From the NCBI GenBank assembly GCA_951406725.2, contig OX597833.1, positions 1,798,001 through 1,862,000 of the forward strand: a stretch of DNA of 64,000 nucleotides, given 5' to 3'. The position numbers and the translations under genes were made by a program. Every line of letters starts with the position of its first letter. Within the stretch, counting starts at the first letter, position 1. The DNA is from Octopus vulgaris (Eukaryota). Positions 26,986 to 40,703 of this stretch are shown here, piece by piece. Under the pieces are notes generated by a model that did no database searches, had not been told where the DNA came from, and was given only the letters and a program-made list of their open reading frames with translations.

Positions 26986-27269
26986 TTTATTACTTGTTAT
27001 CACGATCTTTCATCCAATAATCAAGTGACCCAGACAACTTACGGACATCTTCGACATCATTTTCTCGCCATTCAATCATTTCAGAAAATACTTGAATGTT
27101 TATTTTCATTGATCAATTATAAAATTCATTCATCATTGAACAGAGTGTCATGAATGAACAAAATGAACATTAGGATCCTTCCAGCAGCCCCATCAATCAA
27201 AGGTTAAATTGAAATAAAGCAAAACATAATATACACTGAAATCATCAGATCGTCAAACCTTTGTGTTAA

Positions 27270-28280
27270 GCTTGCAAGCTATCAGAATCGTTACAACACC
27301 AGACAAAAGAATTAGCGGAAATTTTCCCGACGTTACGTTCTGAGATGAATTGCTGTCGCGGTTGACTTTACCATTCAACCGTTCAGGGTCGGTAAATTAA
27401 GTACCATTTGAGCACTGGGGTCGATGTAATCGACTTAGCCGTTCCTTCGACATTGCTGGTCTTGTGCCAACATTTGAATCCAACGTCTCGTTTATACCAT
27501 TTGTTGTAAATAATGTTTCTTATAGAAATATAAACTGTACTTCATTAAATAATTCATTTCAATTAAAATCCTAAAGTTCAATTGTGCTTTACCCGCTTTT
27601 ACTAAATGTTTTCGTACATAGCGAGTATTACGTATTCAGGGCATAAAACGATGTATCCTGTTCTAGTATTATCAGAAGTAATATCTGAGGGCAGTGAACT
27701 GGCAGAGTCGTTAGTAGGCTCGACAAAATGGTTGGCGGTATTTCGGCCGTCGTTACGTTCTGAGGTCAAATTCCATAGAGGTTGACTTTGACTTTCATTC
27801 TTTCGGGGTCGATAAATTAAGTACCGGCTGCGTACTGGGGTCGATCTGATCAACTGGCTGCTTCCCAAAAATTTTGGGCCTTGAGTAGAAAAAAAGTGTT
27901 ACTAGTAGGCTCGACGAAATGCTTGGCGGTATTTCGGCCGTCGCTACGGCCTGAGGTCAAGCTCCATCGCGGTTGACTTTGACTTTCATTCTTTCGGGGT
28001 CGATAAATTAAGTACCGGTTGCGTACTGGCCCGTCCCCCAAAATTTCGGGCCTTGTGTTTTGAGTAGAAAAAGAAAAAGAGTCGCTTGTAGGCCGGACGA
28101 AATACTTGGCGCTATTTCGTGCGTCGCTACGATCTGTGATCAAATTCCACCGTGGTTGACTTTGCCTTTGATATTTTCGTGGTCGACAAATTAAGTACCA
28201 GTGATAAACTCTCTGGTCGCTGAAATCGACTTTTTCTCTTCCCTATAATTTTAGATCCTATATATCTATAGTAAAAAGCA
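27270..28280 (+). mobile_element. Four degenerate family C-related SINEs (27270-27480 and three in tandem at 27688-28280)
   Basis: Repeated ggtatttcggccgtcg..ttcggggtcgataaattaagtacc with aaaatt..ggccttg tails. Confidence 0.7.
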
Positions 28281-28579
28281 TTATTAAATGTTATACAATG
28301 GCTGTCATTCCCGTAACTAAAGAGATCACGTCATTGCTATTATTCGTCCACATTTTTTGCGTCGACCTGTATTCTTCTTTGTGTGGGCAGCTGGAAGAAT
28401 GGGCTTCTTATTCCCAATCGAGGTCTTAATCAAAGATGGAGCTAATAATTTTGATCCTGATTCTTAACTGACAATTCTCCTGCGATTCCTTTAACAAAGT
28501 CTATTTTCACGGCAAGATTATATTTGTTTGCTAATAATGATGGATATGACTTCTCTATGAATACATATATGTATGAATG

Positions 28580-28612
<33 letters not shown>

Positions 28613-28625
28613 ACATGTATTTAGG

Positions 28626-28681
<56 letters not shown>

Positions 28682-28824
28682 CAAACACATATATACTTAT
28701 ACGCATGCATGTATACATACATATACATTTATATATATATAGGCATATATGCATATATACATACATACATACATATATATATACATATGTATATCCAAAT
28801 GCATAAATATAAATATATATATAT

Positions 28825-28865
<41 letters not shown>

Positions 28866-29673
28866 AATGGTATATATATATGTATATATAAATGGTATAT
28901 GGGCTTGTGTATGCATACATATATATATATATATTCATGCAAATATACTCGTATGCACACATGTACATGAGTGAAGTCGTATAAAATGTGTGTGTGTGTG
29001 CATGTGTGTGTTTGTGTGTGTGCATATGCATTTGTCTATGTGTGTCGCTGTGTGTGTTTATACCTGTGTAATCATCGGCGCAAGTGTCTGGTATAGAACT
29101 TCTACGTGAATTGTTTGTCCCAATTAATCTTCCTACATCACATCAAAGAGTTTTGGTCAGGCAGAACAAACACCTTGCGGCGTATATTCTGATTTTGAGA
29201 ATCCCGCTGAGATCAGCCCTACCTTTCATTCCCTCCACCCATTCCTCACCACCTGGTTTGATACACAAAAAACACCATTCGCATACTGGAGTGGATGGCA
29301 TTGCCTAAGCCCCTAATCTTAAACTGGCCAAACTTGTTTTTGTGCCTAATTAAAAAGTCAGTTATTTTTCGTCTAGTTTCATATTCAGACAAAACCTTTC
29401 TGCAATTTCATAATTTAAGGGTCGATAAATAAAGTTCCAGTTCATTACTGGCTTTCTATCAGTTTCTCTCACTCTCTCTCACTCTCTCTCACTCCCCCTC
29501 TCTATGTCTGTTTCTGTCTCTGTCTCTCTGTCTCTGTCATCTTTCTGTATTGTAACTTCAGATGCGGCGTTATTTCATTCAGCCACGCAAAATTCATGTG
29601 ATTACCTCTTCAGAGTACACATGCCTATGAGTGTCTGTGTCTGTGTGTAAGAGATAGAGAGAGAGAGAGAGAG

Positions 29674-29727
<54 letters not shown>

Positions 29728-29916
29728 AGTGGGCAGTATTCTAATGCTCAGCTGTTAACACATTGACCTCGCGAGAATATAATCTATCTCAACGTTCATC
29801 TTTAACGCCGATACTGATCATACGGCATAACACTTCCAAGAAATACTTTACCGCTAATAGCGCTATATATAGAGAGAGGGAGAGAGAGAGAGAGAGACAT
29901 ACATATTCTTTATATA

Positions 29917-29966
<50 letters not shown>

Positions 29967-30114
29967 ATTTACACGCCTACTAGCGACCATTTTGTTTCTG
30001 TTTGGTGTTTCTATGTTCTAATGTTAAACTACATTTTCTCGTCAATATTCAGTGAAAGCATATAATTATATTTAAGCTGTTTGCCAAATCTACACTCTTC
30101 ACCGTTTCTAAATT

Positions 30115-30169
<55 letters not shown>

Positions 30170-30238
30170 TATTTGTATTTATCTGATGCCATCGATATGC
30201 CGTTATGCATATGTATGTGTTTGAGCGTATATATATGG

Positions 30239-30319
<81 letters not shown>

Positions 30320-30465
30320 TGTGTGTGTATGGATGTATATATATAGGTGTGCATGTATATATCCTTTTATGCTTATCCGCACATTTTTAGTAAAAAAGGC
30401 ATTATTGTCTGTTTCTAAGAGTCATTTTTGTCTAAGTATAAAACTGTTCTCAAATACCTCAAATA

Positions 30466-30551
<86 letters not shown>

Positions 30552-30610
30552 CATATACATATACACATATACACATATATACATATATACATATATATAC
30601 ATATAGATAT

Positions 30611-30666
30611 GATGTGTTGTGAATTCATGGAAAGAAGTCCCTAAATCCATAAATTCACAACACATC
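30611..30666. repeat. 21-bp inverted repeat beside (TA)n
   Basis: gatgtgttgtgaattcatgga / tccataaattcacaacacatc, one mismatch. Confidence 0.85.
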
Positions 30667-31819
30667 TTATACAAGTTTTTTGATATTCGCAAATTTACGC
30701 CTGTAAACTACCACCAAAATACGAAGTATCAAGATTCGAAATCTTTTTCGGAAACCTCCAAATTAAATTCAACCTCTATGCTCCCCCCCCCCATATATAT
30801 ATATATATATATGTTTGTGTATCAGTAGCATTTGTTTCGACAAGGCAACGTATGCATCTTCGCGTCCGCACGATTCACCAGAAAGGAAGCAGCCTAATCT
30901 TTTCTTCATTCCCTTGGACTATATCTGTTCGAAGTAGTTTTCACGAAAAAATTCATGAAGTTCCTTCCATGACCATCCCGTGCTGGTTTACTCCAAGATC
31001 TCGAAAAAGATATAATTCCAACCAGACAATAGTAAAACAGAAATGAGAATTATTTAAAACAGAATTTTTAAAATTTAAAACATACTTCCCATTCGAAGTA
31101 TGTTCCAATTCATCATGATCTTCAGCTCTTGGACATTTCCGCTTCGTGTCCTAACATTAATAAGACCGGTTTCCGCTTCCCGTGGCGTAGAAGCGAATAA
31201 TGGTCACAATTTCTTCCCCGAATGGGAAGCCACTATGTTTCAGACATCTACAGCTGAATAGACTGGTCTATTCAGCTTCTTCAAGTTCCCCCAAGAAATT
31301 GCTTTTTTTTTTACTATACTGGCATACAAAACGTAAATCTGATTCATTTGAGATCTTCTTGAATTCTCGCCAACCAATTTTCTATGTACAAATTTTCCGC
31401 AACGGAATTAGAAACATTTAATTAGCACTCCCCACATAATCACTCAGATATATATATATTCCAATCAACTTTTATTTTAATTATTTTAATTATTTTCATT
31501 ATCACAACACCTACAGCTACTAACCAATCCTTAGATGTACAAGATAAGCAACTTTCTAGCGTGTTGGTAAATATTTATACTTATCAATTTATCGTTTTAT
31601 CTTCCAGCTCTTTCTATCAGACACTAAATTAAATTATTTTATTTTGATAATCTCGCTTTGCTACAACTGAAATAAACGTTTATATAATTTCGTTGATATT
31701 TTGTCTAAAAATACGTCATTCATTTTTATGTCTTCTTTTTCCTCATCGTTGTTTACTTCCAGATTATTCCATTGTTTGATTTTGTTCGGTGGTTAAATTT
31801 TCTTCAGTTACAAAGAGGT

Positions 31820-32047
31820 ATTTATCCCACTTACGTCTTCGTTCAATTAGCATTGACTAATATTTCTTTTTAAAATTCAGTATCAATTTTCCTTCCCCCA
31901 CCCCTAACCCTAACCCTAACTCTAACCCTAACTAACCCTACCCTAAAGTAGATTGAAATGCAATAGATTGATACTAGGGTCATAATTATGGGTGACAATT
32001 TCATATGACACCGCTAGAAAAAACTGCCGTTCAAACCGAAAAGATCT
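31820..32047. mobile_element. Interstitial (CCCTAA)n telomere-like tract, probably inside a non-autonomous DNA element
   Basis: ccctaaccctaaccctaactctaaccctaactaaccctaccctaa at 31902-31946. The segment ends in ccgttcaaaccgaaaagatc. Confidence 0.5.
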
Positions 32048-32528
32048 AAGTATTTTCCTATCAACAGCAGGATGCTTTTTCACTCCCTTCTAGAATTTCC
32101 CGATTGAGTCAAATACATTTGTCGTTACAGGTATGAAGAGATCGATAGAAGTAGTGCAAGGCTTAAAATATGTAACAGAAGGGATTTGTTCAAATAAAAC
32201 CCTTCAAGATAAAAATCCCAGCTTGAGAGCTGTCCAGTATCTGAAACAAAGGCATAGGTAAAAAGATTTGCGAAATAGTATTCTCTCATGAATGACCTAC
32301 AATGTCTGAGTCTATGTAATGGCGTGGTATACAAAGTCATCCAGAATGAATGAATTTTGTAGATTAGGAAAAGAACGTGACGTACTTAAATATGGAAATA
32401 ATTTAATTATTTGGTAGACGGAATTTACATCTAAAGCAAATGGCATTAACTGAATAAATATGCTCTCTCTTTAATCTTTACGACTATAAAATATAAGATA
32501 TATATATATATATGTATATATATGTATA

Positions 32529-32581
<53 letters not shown>

Positions 32582-32582
32582 G

Positions 32583-32619
<37 letters not shown>

Positions 32620-32675
32620 GTATGTATAATGGTCACATTTAGCTAATGCCCATTGCTTTAGATGTAAAAACTGAA

Positions 32676-32711
<36 letters not shown>

Positions 32712-32860
32712 TATATACATACTTATGTGCATATATATATATGTATATATATACACACATATGAATATATATGTGTATATATACATATATATACATGTAT
32801 ATATATGTATATATATGCATATATATGTATACATATTTATGTATATAAAGGTTTATATAA

Positions 32861-33345
<485 letters not shown>

Positions 33346-33371
33346 GAAAGAACATCTATATGTATACATAT

Positions 33372-34077
33372 AAACACCAAAGTTGACATGGCCCGCAGAA
33401 TGTGTTCCTGGATTCTCAGAACTTTCCAGTCGAGAGATATCCACACCATTATCCTTCTCTTCTCCACTTTTGCCCGACCCCACCTTGAATACTGTTGTCC
33501 ACTGTGGTCTCCCCACACAATACAAGGTATCATAAAAGTTGAAGCACCTCAAAGGGCAATCACAAAAAAGATAGATGGCATGACAGGCCTCGACTATTGG
33601 GGTCGACTAGAAAAGCTAAAACTCTATTCTCTCCAACGTCGTCGTGAGCGCTACATCATCTGCATGATGTGGAAAATATTCCATCAGCATTGCCCAAATG
33701 ATGTTGGCATCACCTTCAAGGTACATCCAAGGCTTGGGCCCCGTGCCATCCGCCCAAATCAAAAATCGCACTCTCATCTCATAACAACAATACGGCACAA
33801 TTATTTCACCTCAATTGGCCCCGCTCTCTTTAACATTACACCAAAACACATTAAAACAGAAACTGACCCTATAGGGTTCAAGAAGTCTTTGGACAGATTC
33901 CTTCAAGAAATCCCGGATAAACCCCCTACACCCGGATATGTCTCTGTAAACAATAACTCTCTACTTGAGTGGGCCATAGTGCCCAAATTCTGACTTGAAA
34001 GACTTCACCAGGTGGTGCTATTAAGTTAGACATGGCCTGGGTCAATAATGGCCGAAACCTATCAAAGTATCAAAGTA
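33372..34077 (+). mobile_element. 5'-truncated CR1-type LINE
   Basis: ORF2 C-terminus, a short 3' UTR and an (atcaaagt)2 tandem tail. Confidence 0.85.
33388..33993 (+). CDS. CR1-type LINE ORF2 C-terminal fragment (post-RT domain)
   Basis: RPHLEYCCPLWSP, EAPQRAITKKI.G and RLEKLKLYSLQRRRERY motifs. Confidence 0.8.
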   Translation: MARRMCSWILRTFQSRDIHTIILLFSTFARPHLEYCCPLWSPHTIQGIIKVEAPQRAITKKIDGMTGLDYWGRLEKLKLYSLQRRRERYIICMMWKIFHQHCPNDVGITFKVHPRLGPRAIRPNQKSHSHLITTIRHNYFTSIGPALFNITPKHIKTETDPIGFKKSLDRFLQEIPDKPPTPGYVSVNNNSLLEWAIVPKF

Positions 34078-34080
34078 TAA

Positions 34081-34130
<50 letters not shown>

Positions 34131-34135
<5 letters not shown>

Positions 34136-34175
34136 GGGCTCCTAAATAAGGTTGCCTTATTTAGGAGCCCTTAAT
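34131..34175. repeat. Perfect 21-bp palindrome with 3-nt loop beside (TA)n
   Basis: attaagggctcctaaataagg-ttg-ccttatttaggagcccttaat. Confidence 0.9.
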
Positions 34176-34284
34176 TATATTTCTATATGAATAATATTTT
34201 TCTATATGAACAATATTTTGTCTAATGACTAATTCGTCTCCTGTGCTGGGTCACTGGTAGTAATCTATGTTATTACCCTTTTTG

Positions 34285-34340
<56 letters not shown>

Positions 34341-34366
34341 TACATATATATATGTATATATATATA

Positions 34367-34402
<36 letters not shown>

Positions 34403-34742
34403 GTATGTATGTATAATTATATATATGTCTATGAGTGTATGTTAGTATAGCATGCGTGTTTGTAGGCACGTGTTTGTACACATGATTCTCTTCTTAAAAT
34501 TACGTCGAAGCTAAAGAGCTTTGTTGCACTTCCATCAAAATACTTAGCAATGAATTCCTGCCGAAATTAAACCTAAAAGCATCTCATTCACAAATGAGAA
34601 TATGTTCTTTGAGCAAATCTTCATTAGGAGAACCAATGTAATCTCTTACACACATACAAACACACACACATACACAGACGTATGAATGCATTCAGATAAA
34701 GCATTCATATATACATACATATATATGCATATGTATGTATAT

Positions 34743-34815
<73 letters not shown>

Positions 34816-34935
34816 AATAAAAAATATATATAAAGAAACAAGAACGTGAAATACACAAAGGGACGAACACAGAAAACATATATACTTATATGCAAACATA
34901 CATATATATACATACATATATGCAAACATATATAA

Positions 34936-35016
<81 letters not shown>

Positions 35017-35037
35017 TGCATATAAACACACAAACAG

Positions 35038-35070
<33 letters not shown>

Positions 35071-35734
35071 CACGTGCGTGTAGGTATATATGACTATAAA
35101 TGTCTTCCTTTTATACATGTGTGCATATGTGGGTGTTTGTGAGTGTGTAGATGTGTCAAAATCCTTCTCTGCGTATCTTAATCCTTCTTTGCGGAATCCG
35201 TAGTAGCATCAATACTCTCGGCGATGCAGCTAGTCAACACACGATCTCAATTATACGCATACATTATATACGAGTGTGCAGTGTGTATACCTGTATGCAT
35301 ATATGTACGGATGTATGTGTGGATAGACTGATGGTTATATATATATATATATATGTATAGCTCTGCATATGTATACTCTAAACATATAGGATTGTATATT
35401 TATCTCTATGTTGGCTTTGTACATTTCTGCACATTAATCTCTGTTGTGTTGTGAGCATTTAAAATTTTTTCAAACAAAGAGCTTTTAAATGTCTCTTATT
35501 TCACAAAGCGAATATCGATAAATTGCTCCAATTTATTATTACTATATTCATTGCTAAATACAATCACATGGAATGCGCCTTTTGTTAATGTTCATTAGCA
35601 TTTTTCCTCAAGGTTATTCTATGCATACTAAGTGATATTGGTGATTACCGATGATAATGATGATGATATTAATAACAATCCTTTTCAATATAGGTAGAAG
35701 GTCTGAAATTATAATAATAATAATGATAATAATG

Positions 35735-35797
<63 letters not shown>

Positions 35798-35803
<6 letters not shown>

Positions 35804-36753
35804 GAATAATAAAAATGAATAATAATAATAAAACAAATGAAATCCAAACTAAAAATAGAACTGCAACGAACCATGATAAAACAATGGCAAGAAAAGCCCC
35901 TTCATGGTAAATACTGCACTAAACTAAAAGCAAAAGAAATAGACAAAGAAAAATCCCAGCAATGGTTGAGAAGCTCAGGACTCAAAGCAGAAACAGAGGG
36001 ATTTTTAATTGCAGCATAAGACCAAAGCCTCCCCACCAGAAATTACCAAAAACATGTAATGAAAAGAAATATTACAAGTAACTGCAGAATATGTGGAGAT
36101 GGACAAGAAACAATAAATCATATTATCTCTAGCTGCCCAGTCCTAGCTAAGAAGGAATATATTCACAGACATGACAGAGTTGGAACCTACATACATTGGA
36201 AGCTATGCCAACATTATGGAATAACAACAGAAAAAAGATGGTATAGGCACACACCAGAAAAGGTCACAGAAAACGAGAAAGCAACCATACTCTGGGATAT
36301 GCCGATACACACAGATAGAGAAATTAAGGCCAACAGACCAGATATAGTTGTCAGAGATCATGAAGGAAAAAAATGCTTTCTAATTGATGTATCAATACCG
36401 GCTGATGACAACGTGTCTCTGAAAGAAATGGAGAAACTCTCAAAATACAAAGACCTGGAAATAGAGGTAACCAGAATGTGGAATCTGAAAACAGAAACAA
36501 TTCCTATCATAGTAGGTGCATCAGGCATGATAAAAAAATATTCAGACAAATACATAACAAAAACACCAGGACTTACAAACACATATAACATACAGAAAAT
36601 TGCACTACTAGGCACTGCACACATCCTACGCAGAACACTTTCCATACAATAACCATCAGAGCATCACAACAAATCACAGCACATACCCAAGGCACACAGA
36701 GCTGCGCTCGGTAGTGAAGTGAAAGCACGCTATAAAAATAAAAATAAAACTAC

Positions 36754-36754
<1 letters not shown>
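35798..36754 (+). mobile_element. 5'-truncated R4/Dong-clade LINE inside (TAA)n
   Basis: C-terminal CCHC and restriction-like endonuclease, short 3' UTR, TAA arrays on both sides. Confidence 0.92.
35837..36652 (+). pseudogene. R4/Dong ORF C-terminus (zinc knuckle + restriction-like endonuclease)
   Basis: KPLHG, ETEGFLIAA*DQ (one premature stop at 36017-36019), CRICG...HIISSC, RHD, RPDIVV..IDVSIP, KLSKY. Confidence 0.9.
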
Positions 36755-36822
<68 letters not shown>

Positions 36823-36824
<2 letters not shown>

Positions 36825-37372
36825 GTACCAGGCCGTGGCTCTCATGTCTTCTGATCTTAACTGATTAGAAGTATTATCATGTATATTGTTTTGTCTTGGT
36901 ATAAAAGATGGGTTACAGCAAATATTCTGCTCAATACCACAGATTTGCTTTCAATTGTTTGACCTTAACCAGTTGAGCATGTCCCTTAGAGGCTGACGAT
37001 ATGTGCATCTCTGATCACGAGCAGAAGTAATGGGGGAGCATCATAGCCATGTGTTGAGAGGTATTCTTTGGGGTTTGAATAATTCACCTCTGGAAACATG
37101 GGTGTTTCGTTCAACATCCTTAAACAACCCTTAATCAGGGACCTTTTGAGCGGGATGGGCTACTCGACCAGAAGAAAATTCTAACAGGGACCCACCTGCA
37201 AGGTCATGTGCTGTTTATCTTGATATGAGATCACCATATTGCGCACATATGGTTGTGATGCATGTGCCTGGTGTACCCTTATCAGATGGGTAGTCATGAT
37301 GGGTATATTGGGCTTCGTATATTTGTACCCCAGTGTCAACTCGATGGCATGCACTGCTCTCTCACTCAATAA
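36823..37372 (+). mobile_element. Non-coding (TAA)n-associated element (3' UTR or non-autonomous derivative of a Dong-like LINE?)
   Basis: Starts right after a TAA array and ends ctctctcactcaataa. The 3' end recurs at 20609 and 37552. Confidence 0.6.
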
Positions 37373-37700
37373 GCATTAGGTTCAATCTGCCACAATGGCA
37401 TATTACAACCTGGATCGGTTGGACTCGCTCACAGATGTACAGCAGCTCCGTGCCAAATATCTATCATTCCTGGAATTGTTCATATTCTCAGAAAGATACT
37501 TTCTGTCTATTTCCCTTTCTGTCTATTACCATCATCCTCATCATCATCATTCGCTGTTTATCTTGATGTAAAAATCGCCATGTCGCGCACACATGGTTGT
37601 GATGCATGTGTCTAGTGTACCCTTATCAGACGGGTAGTCACGATGGGTATACTGGGCATCGTATATTTTATTTTGATGGCATGCACTGCTCTCTCACTCA
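37371..37700 (+). repeat. ~330-bp near-identical copy of 20428-20757
   Basis: Direct comparison; only a 1-nt indel seen. Confidence 0.92.
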
Positions 37701-37733
37701 ATAATAATAATAAGGATAATAATAATAATAATG

Positions 37734-37794
<61 letters not shown>

Positions 37795-38376
37795 TAATAA
37801 TAATGATAATGATAATAATAAATATCTTGGAACTTGATATGTACAGGCCCAACTACTAACACAACTCGGCTCTATTTTGGCTTCCCATGCTGACACCAAA
37901 AATCTTCTTACGAATGTTTTTCACATGTTTCAACTAGTACCGAGAAGTGAACTTTACAGTACGGTCTTCAACTGGAAGAAATGACAGCCAAATGCCCTTT
38001 ATATTCCCCGGTACTGTCTCAATAAATTTAATGCACCGGCTGATATATTCCTAGATACAGCATATCTTAGTTATTATGGTGAAGTCACAGGTGAAATGGT
38101 TTTAATAATAATTTCACCGAACATGGTTCGATTTGGTGCTTAACAGCAATAACCCTAACCTGAGATTTCATCATCGAAGAATAAGAGGTATTCACAACTA
38201 AGCATTGTAAGAACTAAGATAGGGTTCCACAAAATTGGTAGAGCATTGCACAAATTACATTGCGTAATCTATTCTAAATCTTTGTACTCTGACTTCAAAA
38301 TTTTCTCCTGTGTCATCTTTGCTTTGGATCATTCTGGAGTCGTTAAAGTGAAATGCCAGTTCAGTTTTGGGGCTAT

Positions 38377-38690
38377 TCGCGCCTTTTCTTGCCTTTTCTC
38401 GCCTTTTCTCGCCTTTTCTTGCCTTTTCTCGCCTTTTCTTGCCTTTTCTTGCCTTTTCTCGCCTTTTCTTGCCTTTTCTTGCCTTTTCTTGCCTTTTCTT
38501 ACCTTTTCTTGCCTTTTCTTGCCTTTTCTTGCCTTTTCTCGCCTTTTCTCGCCTTTTCTTGCCTTTTCTTGCCTTTTCTCGCCTTTTCTCGCCTTTTCAT
38601 GCCTTTTCTTGCCTTTTCTTGCCTTTTCTTGCCTTATCTCGCCTTTCCTCGCCTTTTCTTGCATTTCTCGCCTTTTCTCGCCTTTTCTTC
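38377..38690. repeat. 10-bp minisatellite (GCCTTTTCTY)n, ~30 copies
   Basis: Read directly. Confidence 0.95.
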
Positions 38691-39050
38691 TTTCTTACTC
38701 AGTCACTAACTTCTTCCTCGACCTCGCTCTCTTTTACTCGGTTGGTCTAAGCTATGAGAATGAAGTAAAAATTCACTAGCAGTTTCTCTTCTTCTCCAAG
38801 ACAACACGCATTCCATGTTCCGAAGTGAGGAAATGTGGTCGCCAATTCTGGCCATGACTGTCACATCATAATATACGCCTCACATATACTATAAAAGGAG
38901 ATGCAAGGCTTCGATTAACAGAGATTATCTAAGCAAGTAGCAGACGGAAAAAATAAACATTTTATGAATCTAAATCATTTCACAAAGGAGATGAATCCAA
39001 GATTAGATGAATATATTTTATGGATGATATGAATATATATATATGTATAT

Positions 39051-39084
<34 letters not shown>

Positions 39085-39104
39085 ACGTATATATATATAT
39101 ATAC

Positions 39105-39177
<73 letters not shown>

Positions 39178-39201
39178 TATATATATATATTTACATATAT
39201 T

Positions 39202-39260
<59 letters not shown>

Positions 39261-39285
39261 GTATGTATATGTATGTATGTATATA

Positions 39286-40610
39286 CAGGGTGCGTGAGAT
39301 ATTGGAGGACAGATTTATGTTTATAAAAGCAAACAGATATAAAAACAGATGATAACTTTATTTATATGATGCGCAAAGGTCAATTTGTCAGAAAACAAAC
39401 AAAAGAAAATCACTATATCAGATCTAAAAGGCTCATAAACAAACTGAAAAATGCAGCAGCAGAAGATTTGATTTGGTTTCTCCTTAAACGAGAAAATATG
39501 AAGATGAAAATAAACCTTCTTTTCTCTAATGTTAGCCACCTTCAGCTTCCGCATCTGCTTCTATGTGGGATCTAAATCATCTTCATGCTCGAATCAAGTG
39601 GTCCTGGTTCATTTTGGACATTACTCTGACTATGGAAGCTTTCATAGAATCTTTGGTGTTATGGGCGAGTTCATTGACCTCTCCCTCAACAACGCACCGC
39701 ATGTAATAGTCCATTGCATCGGGAACTGGGGAATTAGGAGGCCAAATGTTAGGCGTTATGTGATCAGGGAAATTTTCAGCCATCAATTCCAGTGTTACTA
39801 GAGCCATGTGTGATAGCGCAGAGTGTAACTGAAACACACATGGCCTCCCATTGAATATACTGTCTATCCAGGGCATAACAATTATTTCCAGGGCCTCAAT
39901 GAACACGGCAGAGTAAACGCTAATGTCCTTCATTGAATACAACCCTTAAAACCATGACAATTTCAGGAAATTTTGAATGGAAAGCACTTGTAATTTCTGA
40001 AGGCTTTGAACATGACATTTTGTCATGTTAACGTTTTGATCTTGTTTTTCTCGTTTGAGGAGAAATCAAATCAAATTTTCTGCTGCATTTTTCCGTTTGT
40101 TTATGAACCTTTTAGATCTGATGTAGTGATGTTCTTTTGGTTTTTTTTCCTGACAAATTGACTTTTCCGCATCATATAAGACTTTTATCTGATGTCTTCG
40201 TGGACAACATTTCTGACAATTATTTCTGACACATGGAGATCTTTTGCAACTGACGTCATGGACTTTCTGGGATTGTAATCAAAGGGCTGTTGAACTTGTT
40301 GGATAAATTCAGGTTTTCTAAGGATTTCAGAGCATTTAGAATGTTTTTTATGCTTTGATACTGGTGATACGTTTCCATCTTCAGTCTCTGTACAAACTTT
40401 GTAGAGGAAAGATCTGGCAACTTTTAAAAATCGAGATATTTCTAAATCCCTATGCTCAGCCTTTATAACCACAATAACAGCACGCCTCTTCAATTCTTAA
40501 GTAAGCTGAGGGTCTGCCATTATTATTTTCTGAAACAAAATTTATCAAGAGTTAGCAAAAATGCAGCAATGCCCCCCAAAAAGATGTCCTCAAATAACTT
40601 ATGCGACTTG
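39286..40610 (-). mobile_element. Decayed Tc1/mariner DD37D (maT-type) DNA transposon
   Basis: TA-flanked degenerate TIRs (cagggtgcgtgagatattggaggaca / caagtcgcataagttatttgaggaca). HTH region at 40185-40493. Catalytic region FQLHSALSH...WPPNSP....DY at 39583-39942, with 37 residues between the second and third acidic positions. Confidence 0.85.
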
Positions 40611-40633
40611 TATATGTGTGTGTGTGTGTGTGT

Positions 40634-40703
<70 letters not shown>

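Noticed and set aside
31902-31946. True telomere or chromosome fusion scar
   Set aside because: Short, degenerate, one orientation only, and embedded in repeat-like sequence.
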